The notes beneath the pieces were generated by a model, which was given only the letters and a program-made list of their open reading frames with translations, was not told where the DNA came from and did no database searches. From assembly GCA_050613775.1 (NCBI GenBank), contig JBODTK010000117.1, positions 124,001-188,000 of the forward strand: a stretch of 64,000 nt of DNA, read 5' to 3'. The position numbers and the translations under genes were made by a program. The stretch is from Neocallimastix sp. 'constans' (lineage: Eukaryota). Below are positions 14,945-36,555 of the stretch, piece after piece; the stretch's first letter is position 1; each line of letters begins with the position of its first letter.

Positions 14945-17900
14945 AAAAAAAAGAATAATATTTGATAATGAAAATTTTATTTCTTTCTTTATTTATATTA
15001 ATTTCATTTAAATATATTTAATATTTATTTATAGGCTCAAGAAGCTGCTGAAAGAGTAATAATACAAACTTTATCAATTTTTATTCACTTATATTTTAGA
15101 TTTATTTTTTTAATATGAATTTTATGTCTTTTTTTTTTATAAAAATAAAAACAATTATTTAAAACTTAAAAGGCTGAAAAGTTAAGATTAGTAAGTGTTA
15201 AAAACTAATTTATTTTTATAAAAATAAATAGTATTCTAAAAAAAGAAATACATAAATTAATATATTATTATAATATAATTTTAATAATAGGAGCAAGAAG
15301 CCAAGAAGGTAATTATTTCTTGATAAAAATATAGAAAAAAAATTTATTTTTCTTTTATCTTTTGATAATTAAAATGAATTTTTAATAATTTTTTATCAAT
15401 TTTAAAAATATTAAAATACAATAAAATTAGGCCAAGGAAGAAGAAGAATTCAACAATGAAGTTGTAAGTACTATTATATAAATAAGAATAAAGCATTAAT
15501 TGTTTAAAATTTTTTAATATAAAAGAAAATATTCCTTTATTATATAGTTTTCTAATTCAATTTATTTTTAATTTATATATTTAATTGTGAAAAAAAAATA
15601 GGATTTCGTTTCTGAAATGTACGGTGATTTACCACTCAACCAAAGTCAATCTCGTGAAAGTAAATAACTTCTTTAAACTTTTAATTTATTATAAAATATT
15701 TTTTTTCGATATTAAAAAAAATTAATAATTATATTTTTTATATTAATAAATATATTAATAGACATTAAGTTTACTAAATTACTTGAAATTGATGACAGTA
15801 TGGTCAACCAAACTATCAGAGTTCGTGGTCGTGTCCAAAACAAGAGAATTGTTTGTATGTTAAATTACAAAAAAAAAAAAAATAGAATAAAATAAAAATA
15901 AATTAAAAAAATTGAAAATTTTATATATTTTACATTTTAAAAATAGAATAAAAAAATTCTTTTTATAAAATATTTTATTTTGTATTAATTATTTTTATTA
16001 TTATATAACTTTTTTCATATTTAATTTTTTTCATATTTAATTTTATAATTAATTAAATATTATTTTTTTTATTATATTTTGACATACAGCTGGTAAAAAG
16101 ATTTTCCTTATTTTAAGACAACAAAATTCTACTGCTCAATGTGTCGTTTCATACTATAATCCAAATGATGAAAATGCTAAAAGTGATAACAAAATTCCAG
16201 CTAGTTTACACATGATCAGATATATTCAAAAGTAAGTTTAAATAATTATTAATAAACAATATAATTATTAAAATATAAAAATAATAATATATATTTATGG
16301 CTTTAATTTATATTAATTTTTTTTAATTAATTTTATCTTTATTTAGTATTCCAACTGAATCTTTAATTGATATTATTGGTTTCGTTGTCAAGCCAGCTAA
16401 CAAGGTTAAGTCTTGCACTGTTTCTGACTATGAATTACAAATCAAGGGTGTATGTATTTTTTCTATTATAAACTTACTAAAAAAAAAGATGAAAATAAAA
16501 ATAAATATATAATATAAATATTGATATAAATAAGGATATTAAAATATTAGTGCAAATAATATTTTATTCATAATAAATATTCATTAATATTAATGAAAAA
16601 ATTATTATAAATTAGGCTTACACTGTTAGTAAGACTACTAAGGCTAAGCTTCCATACACTTTTGAAAGTGCCACTAGACCAGATGAAAAGTTTGTTAAGG
16701 TAAAGAATATAAATATGTATACATAGATTTAAATTTTTTTATGACCATTTTAAAAATATATCTATAATTATAAATATATCAATAAATAAATATTTAATTA
16801 TATATATATTAAAATTATTATGTATATATATTTTTATTTATATTATTTATTTAAATTATTATATTACAGGAAGAACCAGCTGACAAAAGAAGAGGTAATA
16901 AGGAACAAGCTGTTCGTGTTACTTTAGATACTTGTTTAAACAACCGTGTCTATGATCTTAGAGTAAGTTTTTATTAATAACAATAATTTTTTTAAAATTA
17001 AATTATTTATAAATAAAATGAAAGAAATGATAATAATAATACACATTTTATTATAATTATTATTATTATTATATAATTATTAATGATATATTTATTATTT
17101 AATATTCTATTATAATATTAAAAAAAAAAAAATTAAAATAGACCATCACCAACCACGCTATTTTCAAGATTCAAGCTGCTGTTTGCAGAATTTTCCGTAA
17201 CTTCTTAGATTCCAAGGGTTTCACTGAAATTCATACTCCAAAGTTAATTGGAGCTGCTAGTGAAGGTGGTGCTAGTGTTTTCGAAGTTAAATACTTTAAC
17301 AGTAATGTATCCCAAATAAATAATAATAATTATTATCAATAATTATTATAAATATTATAAATAATATTTTAATATAATAGAATTAAAAAAAAATATATAT
17401 ATATATATATTATATTTATATATATTATTATTAATATAACTATTAATATTATGATAATATTAATCAATTTTTATTTATAATATAAACTATATATAGCCAA
17501 GGCTTACTTAGCTCAATCTCCACAATTCTACAAACAAATGATGATCTCTTCTGATTTCGAACGTGTTTACGAAATTGGTCCAGTCTTCAGAGCTGAAAAC
17601 TCCAACACTCACCGTCACTTAACTGAATTCACTGGTCTCGATTTGGAAATGGCTTTCAACGAACACTACCATGAAGTTTTAGATTTATTCGATGAACTTT
17701 TCGTTACTCTTTTCACTGAATTAAAGGAAAAGTATGCTTACGAAATCAGTATCGTTCAAAAGCAATTCCCAGTTCCAGACTTTGAATTCCTTCCAAAATC
17801 TTTACGTCTTAAATTCAAGGATGCAGTTAAGTTAATGAAGGATGAAGTTGTTTACATTAAACAAAAGATTGGTGTTGAAACCGTTGATGATATCTTAAAG

Positions 17901-18464
17901 TTAATTAGTGATATTGAAGAAGATGAAAAGAAGAAGGCTAAGAACAGATCTAAGAAGCTTAAGGAAGTTAAGGAACTTCTTGAAGAAATTAAGGAATCTT
18001 ACGATCTTGAAGATTTCAAGGATCTTAAGGAAGCTGAAAGCATGGGTGACTTTGATGATTTAAGTACCAAGAATGAAAGATTCCTTGGAAAGGCTGTTAA
18101 GAGAAACTACAAGACCGATTTCTACATGTTAGATAAATTCCCAAAGGATGTCAGACCATTCTACACCATGGAAGACCCAGAAAAGGATGGTTACTCTAAC
18201 TCTTACGATTTCTTCATGAGAGGTGAAGAAATTATGTCTGGTGCTCAACGTATTCATGATCCAGAAATGTTAAAGAAGAGTGCTATTGAACATGGTGTTG
18301 ATCCAGCTACCATTCAAGGTTACTTAGATGCCTTCGAATACGGTGTTTCTCCACATGCTGGTGGTGGTATTGGTTTAGAAAGAATTGTTATGTTATACTT
18401 TGGTCTTGGTCAAGTTAAGCGTGCTTCACTCTTCCCACGTGATCCATCTCGTTTATCTCCATAG
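14436..18464 (+). CDS. DPS1: Cytosolic aspartyl-tRNA synthetase, 15 exons: 14436-14470, 14671-14740, 14878-14886, 15035-15055, 15173-15190, 15291-15308, 15431-15463, 15602-15659, 15762-15854, 16090-16231, 16347-16449, 16616-16699, 16870-16962, 17142-17301, 17497-18464
   Basis: Exons join in frame across GT-AG introns. The protein has an OB-fold ([16 protein letters not shown]), motif 1 ([15 protein letters not shown]), [13 protein letters not shown], motif 2 ([18 protein letters not shown]), motif 3 ([13 protein letters not shown]) and the C-terminus [11 protein letters not shown]. Confidence 0.97.
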
Positions 18465-19158
18465 AGGAATTAATTTATTTTTAAATTGAAAAAAAAAATC
18501 AAGAAACAATAATAATAGTAATATTAAAAAAAGAAATTAAAAAAAAAAAAAAAAAAAAAAAAGAAAAAAAATTATTTTTTTTATTTTTTACTCTTTATTA
18601 TATTTCTTTTTGAAATATTAATTATTAAACCATTTTTAATTTTTATAAAAAAAAAATGAAATCAATCGAAACTATATTTCTTTTTATTTATAAAATTTAA
18701 GCAATGCTAAAGATAAAATTAATAAATTTTTACTTTTATATATTTATAAATATAGTTCGAGAAAACATGATGATATTAAAAAAAAAAAAAAAAAAAAAAT
18801 AAAAAAAAAAAATTATTTTTTTTTTTTTAATAAGTTGCAAATAATTTAAAAAGAGAAGAAAAAAAAAAAAGTGTTATAAAAATTAAATTAAATAAAATAA
18901 AATAAAAATAAAAAAAAAATTAAACTCATATAATAATTATTTATTATTAGTGTTAAAATTTGAAATCTTTTTTATTTTTTTTAAAATTTATTTATTTTTA
19001 TTATAGGATTGAATTTCGTTTATAATTATTATTATTAATTTATTTATTTATTATTATTGCTTTATTATATTATAAATATCATATATATAAATAAATTTAT
19101 AAATTTTTAGTATTAGTTTTAATAAAAGTAATTTTAATTTTTTATGTACAAGAATTCC

Positions 19159-25694
<6,536 letters not shown>

Positions 25695-26127
25695 CTTGAC
25701 CAAATTTTTTTTTTAATAAAAAAAAATTTTTTTTAGTAAAGTAAAAAAAATATTTTTTATAAATATTTAATTATTTAATAAATAAATGAATGATTAAATA
25801 AATATAAATAAGATATAATTATTAATTAAAATTTGTTTAATTATTAAAAATAAATAAATAAATACATTATCTATGATATAAATTATTAATAATAATTAAA
25901 TTTTTATTATTTATTTTATTTTTTATTTATTTAATATTTAGAAGTAATTACTAAATAATTCAATTTATGTATATTTTAAAGTTATTTAAAATGTTAAAAA
26001 ATAAAAAAGAAAATTTTAATGAAATAATATTAAACTAATTAAGCTAAAAATTTGAAAAATCATCCATATAATATATAAATTAAAATTATAAATTATTGAT
26101 CAATTTATATTAAATATATAAAATAAT

Positions 26128-26172
<45 letters not shown>

Positions 26173-26418
26173 TATTTTATATTATTATTTGATATATATA
26201 AATTTAATCTTCTTTTTTTTTTTTTTTTTCTAGGTTACGGATAATCGTTTGATTTGGTTAAAAAATGTACTAAAATATTGTAGATTCATTAACATTTAAA
26301 TATATGATTGGCTAATTTATAATACATAAATCATTTTATTATTTAAAAAAAAAAAATAATAATAATTAATTTGTAATTTAATAATTAAAATAATGATAAT
26401 ATAATTAATATAAAGTAA

Positions 26419-26491
26419 ATCATTGCTAATAACTCTTATATCTTATTTTTTTTTAATTAAAAAATAAGATATAAGAGTTATTAGTAATGAT
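26419..26491. repeat. Near-perfect palindrome/hairpin (MITE-like or transposon footprint)
   Basis: atcattgctaataactcttatatcttattttt ... aaaaataagatataagagttattagtaatgat, arms of about 32 bp with one mismatch. Confidence 0.8.
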
Positions 26492-27374
26492 ATAATATGA
26501 TGGTATATGTACATCTTTTTATATATATATATATATAAAATTATTATGAAAAGATAGTACTGATTTTTTTATTCTTTAATCATCAATATTTATAACCTTT
26601 TCATAATTATCATTATCTTTATTACTATTAAAACATAAAATAAAAATGGTGCTTTTTTTTTTTTTTTTCTTTTTATTTTATATTTATTATTATTATTATT
26701 ATTATTATTTTCTAATAAGTCTATTACTATAAATTTATTCACAGAATTATGCTTTTTTATCAAATGTATTTTTTTATCTTCATTTTCTATTATTTTTTCT
26801 TTACAATTATCAAAATAAACATTGATATTATGATTATGATTTTTTTTTTTTTTTGATATATTTTCTAATTTAGCATATTTTTAGCTTTAATAATAATAAT
26901 AATAATCGATTTTATTAAAAAAATTTAAAATATCTTTTAATTTTTATTTATATTTTTTTTTAAAAAAAGGAAAAAAGTAAAAATTGCTATATTCATTTCT
27001 TGTAATAATACTTTTAAAATATGAAATATGAACTACTTGCAAATGAATTATCTAATAATTTTTCTAGTCTCTTACTGAAATATTAAAAATAAAACAATAA
27101 TTTAATATTTTTTTTATTATTGTAATTTGGAAATTCAACATTTATTTTAAAAGTCATGTGTAAAGATAATAATAATAATAATAATAGACTTTCCATGAAA
27201 GCATTAGTCTTTAGTTAAAATAGTTTCTTGAGATATTTTGTTTTTTAAAAATATTTTTGAATATTCAAATAAAATCAAATAAGACTCTTTATCTGATAAA
27301 TGATAAATTTTTTTTTTTTTTTTTTTTTTAATTATTTAATATAATAATACATAAGTATTATGATAATTTACCTG

Positions 27375-28239
27375 TTATAATGTTCAAGACCAGAAATTTC
27401 ATTTGACGTAAATGAAACTTCCCGGAAAAGGGAACAACCAACAATTTAAGAATAGAACAAAGTAATAAATATTTTAAAAATATATTAAATAATAAAAAAA
27501 AAAAAAAAAAAAATTATAAAAATTAAATATGATGGAAAGGAGGAGTTAATTGCATTCACTGACTCAGATTTCCCAGACTATAATACTGATAGAAAATCTA
27601 CTTCCGGTGGAATTATTTTAATGGGTGAAAAAATCCTATATGTTGAATATTTAAGAAGCAATCAGTATTGCTAATTTCTACTGCAGAAGCTGAAAATAAA
27701 AGTACCTTCAGAAAGTGCCAAGAAAATATAATGATTAAGAAGCATTATTAAAGAAATATTATAAAAATAAGAAATTAAATATAATCATCTATACTTGATA
27801 ATCAAGCAAGTAAATGCCAAATGGAAAATAGTGAAATTAATACTAAATTAATACATATAGATGTCATGTATCATTTCAATAGAGATAGCTTATTAAAAAA
27901 AGAAGAATAAATTTGAAATATGTAGATACGGAAAAAGATTCAAATAGTATAAAAAATACTAAAATATAAAAACAATATTTTTATAGAAAAATTACATTTG
28001 ATGGGGAATGATTAACTACTTTATAATTATACTCTATATTTATTCATATTATCTTAAATATTTATTTATTATGTAATATATTAAAAGTGTATCTATATTC
28101 ATGCTTAAATTTGCTTACACAGGTGATATACATTCTATATAAAAAATAATATGAATGTACTATCCACTTCTCTCCATAATACTTATGTATTATTAAATAA
28201 ATAAATAACATATTATCAATTATTATTATATTATTATCA
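27375..28239 (+). mobile_element. Decayed Ty1/Copia 3' fragment (RT end, RNase H, PPT and probable 3' LTR)
   Basis: Translates to SRPEISFDVN, LIAFTDSDFPDYNTDRKSTSGGIILMG, KKQSVLLISTAEAE, DNQASK and HIDVMYHF, with stops and frameshifts. A purine tract atggggaa (about 28001-28008) is followed by TG...ttatCA. Confidence 0.85.
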
Positions 28240-28323
<84 letters not shown>

Positions 28324-28940
28324 ATTAATATTATTATTATTATTATTAATTATAATAAAATTATTTTTAATTAAATAAAAATTACATTTATATGTAAAAT
28401 ATATGATTTTGTACATTTTTTTACGTGATTGGAAATAAATAAATAAGTTGTACAACAAAAAAGACTTCTATACATATGTTTTCCTTTATTACATAAAGTA
28501 AATCTCAGAAGTTTTATTATATATTAATAAAATAATAGAAGAATTTATTTTAAGATAAAAGAAATTTACTGAAATTCATTTTACTATAGCATTCTTTTTT
28601 CTTAAAGAATTCAATAAAATCTAATTTCAATATTGTTAAACAAAAATGTAAGTGAGATAAATTTATAATTTGTATGTTGTTTAGTAAATCTTTAAAATTA
28701 AATATTTTTTGTAAATAATTGAATTACTCTTTTTTTTAGTAATATTCAATTATTAAAAACATTATCGATTATTAAATCATTATAAAATTGATGATATTGA
28801 TAATGAATAATAAATATTAATTATTAACATTGCTATCATTACATCTAAATTTATTTAATTATAATAAATTTTAAATAAAAAAAAAAAATTTCTGAATATT
28901 AAATTGTAAAATCTTGACACAATCTAATTTCAAGTTACTA

Positions 28941-28971
<31 letters not shown>

Positions 28972-29240
28972 ACTAAATATATTAAATATTAAATTCTTAT
29001 AATTACCGATAATTTAAAAAATTTATTAAATTTTTAAATATATTTGTTAAATTTACATAAAAAATATTTGCACTTAATTTATGATTCACAATTAACCAAA
29101 ATCATTATAAATGTGTAATTGTGAATTTTATATTATCATGATTATTTATTAAATATTATATTCAACAATAATCCTCAATATAATAAAGAAAATAAAATTA
29201 TAATAAAAAAAAAAAAATTATAAAATAAAAATAAAGAAAA

Positions 29241-31848
<2,608 letters not shown>

Positions 31849-32376
31849 AAAGAGAATAGTTATAATAGTCATCCATTAAATATTAAAAAAAAAAAATTAA
31901 ACGATTATAATATATATAATGAAAAAAATTTTTTTTTTATTTTTTCCAAAAGTAATGAAATTAGAAAAAAAAAAAAAAAAAATAGAAGAACTTTTTTTTT
32001 TTTTATTTAAATTTTAATTTTCATTAGATATAATATATAATTAGTTATAATTCCATTTAAAAAATTAATATAAATAAGTAAATTTTATAAAAAAATTATT
32101 TTTTAAAAAAGAATTCATTAAAAATTAAAAAAAAAAAAATTTCATCTTTTAAAACAAATTTTTTATCATATTACCTTTTATTAATTAATGAATCAATAAT
32201 AGAATTTTTTTTTTTATTCATCTACTTATAATGTATATTTATATCGATTTAAAAAATATATATATAAAAGACAAAAATATTTCAAAACAAAAAAACAAAA
32301 CAAAAAAATAAAATAAAATAAAATAAAATAAAATAAAATAAAATAAAATAAAATAAAATAAAATAAAATAAAATAA

Positions 32377-32473
<97 letters not shown>

Positions 32474-32732
32474 TAAGATAAAAAAAAAAAAGTTTTCTTT
32501 TGTTCTTTCGAGAAAAAAAAATATATATATATATATATATAAATTTTAAAACTTTTTTTTTTTTAATGTTGACAATACAATCATTATTAAACTATAGCAC
32601 GTATAAATTAAGAAAAAAAAAAAAAAAAAGTTAATATAGAGATCATTAATAAATTTAATATGTATAAATCATGCCTTATATTCAATATTATACTAAACTA
32701 TTAATATATTGTATATATTATAATTTTTTTTT

Positions 32733-33045
32733 TGTTGGAGAAGTGTTTTATGCTCCAAACATACAAATTAATTTAATTTCCACTCATTATCTATTACCTC
32801 TGTAAAAAAAGGATTTAAATTTGTAATAGAAATGCGCGGCATTGAAGAAAAACTCTAAATATTTAAAATAATAAACTAATTACTACTATCTATACAAATG
32901 ATGAAAACCTTTTTACTTTAAATACAAGCTTAATAAAAGATATAGGTTATAATATAAATAATATCAATCTAAAATTATAGCATACTAAATTAGGTCATTA
33001 TAATAATCAAAATCTTCAAAAATTTTTAGAAAACAACAACATTAA
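32733..33045 (+). mobile_element. Decayed Copia protease / GAG-pre-integrase fragment
   Basis: EVFYAPNIQINLISTHYL resembles the Copia VLYVPxLxxNLLS motif, and KL*HTKLGHYN resembles LWHxRLGH. Confidence 0.7.
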
Positions 33046-34079
33046 GGAAGAAAAAAATGATAATATGAATTATAGCAAAACTTTCTTATGAATATAATTT
33101 TAGCAGGAAATTTCTATTATTTGTGAAGTTATCGTTTTTTTTTTTTTTTTTCGATTTTCTTTAATTAATTCTAAAGAGTCAAATTAAATCGAATTAATTT
33201 TATTAAAATAGTCCAAACCCTTTTTGTTTCTAAATATTAAATAATTATAGTATTTATTTTTATATTAAAAATCGAATTTTAAATGAAATTGTCAAAAACG
33301 AAATTTAATTTCAATTCAGCTATTAGTGAATATCATTTTCAAATCCTCTAATATTGGTGACATCGCCCCAAGGAAAAATCAAATTCCGGGTGATTGCCAA
33401 TAACAAAAATAATATAAATTAAAGTTTAAGTAAATAAATCTAAATAAATAATAGCTTAAAAGTAGAATAAGTGAATATTTTATAACTAAATTTTTAATTG
33501 AAATTTGATCATAATTTTATTTTAATAGCATATAATTGAATGCTTTATTTGTTATATTAGTGAGTATATTACAATATATGAAAAAATATTTTAATTGAAA
33601 AATTTAATTTACCAAATTATTTATAATATCAAATTTTAATTAATGCTTTTTTCTTTTATTTTTTGAAAAATTAAATGAAAATTATTTTTATTATTATTTA
33701 GTAATATTTTTTTTTTTTTTTTTTTTTAATTGAAAAATTTAATTAAAATTATTTTGATGAATATTTTGAATTAGAAATAAAATATTTAATAGTTGAAATA
33801 ATATTTTTATATTAATGATTGCTTGTGTTAATAGTCATTCTCGGAAAAAAAAAAAATTAAACATAATTTTAAATTGAAAAAATTGAATTATTTTCTGTTA
33901 AAAATAAAAATTGAACAAAAATTGAAATTTTTTATTAAATTAATTTAATTCTATATTAAATTTTTTTGAAAAATTTTTTAAAATGTAATAATACATCATA
34001 ACTAATTAGTATATGCTGTTGATATTTATTTTTGGTGTTTAATTATTAGTTTATTGAATAACCGTATAAATTGAAATTT

Positions 34080-35830
34080 AAATTTAGTATTTTCGAATGC
34101 TTCTATTGAATCCAATTAATAATTCTTGGTAATGTGGGTCATTTTCTATAACTGGAGCAGGTCTCCAATGTCAAATTAGTCGATGTTTGGACCTAATTTT
34201 ATACTCATATTTTTTTTTCTTTTCTTGTCATCTTATATTTTATATAGGTCCTGTGCAAAGAAGTAGCATTTCTTTTACTACAAGAAAGTTATCGCTTATA
34301 TTTTGAATATATTTTAATTTAGAATTAGTACCATTAAATAAGAAAATATCATCGATTGATGGATTAAAACCATAGTTAATTTAGAGTGGAGTTTGTTTGA
34401 TAGATTCATTTATAGTATTATTATAAACAAATTCTTCAAGATGTAGCAATTCTACCCAGTCATCACTGAAAAAGGTTCTTGAATATATTATTTTTAAAAC
34501 TTGACTTCCGTTCTTCTGTAAATGGATATATTGGACCGTAATATAAGGTAGCATCTTTTTACAGCACTATTTTACAGTCAGTAAATCGATTAGGAGGTAA
34601 TTTATCAGCTTTAATTTTACTAAAAACTTCTATTAAATCTCTATATGCCTCTATAATATCAGTAATTTCAAAGTCTTCTTTGTCATCTTCATCATCAAAA
34701 TAATAATTTCTAAAATTATTATTAGATAAAAATGAATAAATAACATAATTGAAATTATATCCATCTTGAACTTTAAAATAATTTTTTGAATTTTTTGATA
34801 TATTTTTTGAATTTTTTGATATATTTTTTGAATTTTTTGATATATTTTTTGAATTTTTTGATAATTTTTTTGATAAATATTTTGAAGAATTTATATAATT
34901 TATTGTAATATTGTTCATTGATTGTCACACAAGCAATATTTTTATTTTTATTATTACTTAAATTTTTTACATTATTTAAAATATTATTTTCATAATTTTT
35001 TCTGGAATTTGAATTACGTTTTTTCTACAATTTTAGATATAAATGTGGCTTTTTATCTTTTATTTTCTTGTTGCTCTAATATAAACAATATATATTTTAA
35101 TTTCGTAAATTCTGCATCGTTAGTTGTGGAGTTATTTGTGGTTGAATCTATTGATTGTTTTGTTTACATTAAAATATAATGAATTAAAATAATTTTAATT
35201 CATATATTTCACATATTCCTGAAAACATAGGAATAATGGTTTAAAAATCTTGTTGAAGTATTCATTACTATCTCTTTTCACAACATTTAATCCATTGGTA
35301 TTCCAACTAAGACAAAAAGAAAACTTTCCTGTGTTAGAATGTGAAATATGACTTTGAGAATTAAGAGAATTAAGATTAAGAATATTGGGAACATTGAGTT
35401 CATGATTGCCATTTATAACATTTACTAAATTTGTTTAACAGAAGTTTACTGCGTTAGTATCATTGGATGTATTATTAGATATTTAATTTTGTTTTAAATG
35501 CCAAAAAGAAACCTTATGATTCTATTTGGAACATCTATGATATTAAATTTTAACTCCTGATAGTACATTTTCAAATACTTCTTTAAATTTTTCGTGGTTG
35601 AAATTTGGAGTGTATACTTTTATCCTGAAGAAGCTATCATTGAATTTAGTATTTTTTTTTTACTGACAAAATATTATCATTGAATTTTTTGAATTTAGAA
35701 TAAATAAATTCCTTCATTTTAGCATTGGTCCATGAGTGTATCCCACGGATAAAAATCAACCTTGTGTTGTCAGTAGATGTTTCATAACAGTGAGAATCCC
35801 GGTGAAATATTTTTTCCATAATGAACTATA
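34080..35830 (-). mobile_element. Decayed Ty3/Gypsy remnant (RT N-terminus, possible chromodomain end)
   Basis: YRDLIEVFSKIKADKLPPNRFTDCKIVL*KDATLYYGPIYPFTE matches the Gypsy pre-RT pattern DVFS..ADKLPPHR.YDC.I.L...GPIY. KYEYKIR..HWRPAPVIEND near 34140-34215 is chromodomain-like. It includes a 21-bp tandem repeat (SKNISKN) at about 34785-34875. Confidence 0.75.
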
Positions 35831-35933
35831 TATTATAAATCAATAAAAATGAAATTAATATAAACTAAAATACTAAGGACTAAGAAATATAAATATTAAT
35901 AAAAAATTTAAAAAAATAAAATATAGTAAAATT

Positions 35934-35965
<32 letters not shown>

Positions 35966-36199
35966 TAATTAAAATAAAATGAAGTTTTTTCTTTGTTCTT
36001 TGTGTAGTAACTGCTAAATATTTAAGTAAAATAAACCACTTGAATATTTTGTTATAAAGAATAATCTTTTCTTTTTATCTTTTGAATTATTGTTTTTCTT
36101 TTCAATTAATAAATCTCTGTATAACGTAAAAATTTCCTGTTAAATAATCATATATTATAAAAAATGTAGATGTAAATAAAATGTTAGTAGTGAAAGACT

Positions 36200-36555
36200 A
36201 TAAAAAGATTCCCATCCGTTAAATTAGGTCTTAAACACAAGTTTTGGAGTGAATCAATCTCCTACATTTCCATTTTACAATAGCTACATGAGAGTTTAAA
36301 TAATACAATAGAAAAATACATATACAAAATAATGCTAAAGTAAAGAATACACTAGATTTATATGTAGAAACTACATGATATTATTAATTATACAACTCCA
36401 ATGTTACTACATCCAGTTTAAAACAATATAAAACATCAGGTTCATTTTCTACAGTCTTTCAGCATCCCAATTTTCTCTCTTTGTACAAGAAGCCACTTAA
36501 GAAAGGATAACCATCGATTATCATCAGAATCACAGAAAGCTGTAATTAGTACATC
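36200..36555 (-). mobile_element. Possible Copia RNase H remnant interrupted by the LINE array
   Basis: The minus strand gives VLITAFCDSD next to the LINE poly(A) and a purine tract ggatgggaa at about 36210. Heavily decayed. Confidence 0.35.

Noticed and set aside
33353..33401. GC-rich imperfect hairpin (possible Helitron end or tRNA fragment)
   Set aside because: No CTRR terminus at the expected spacing and no cloverleaf.
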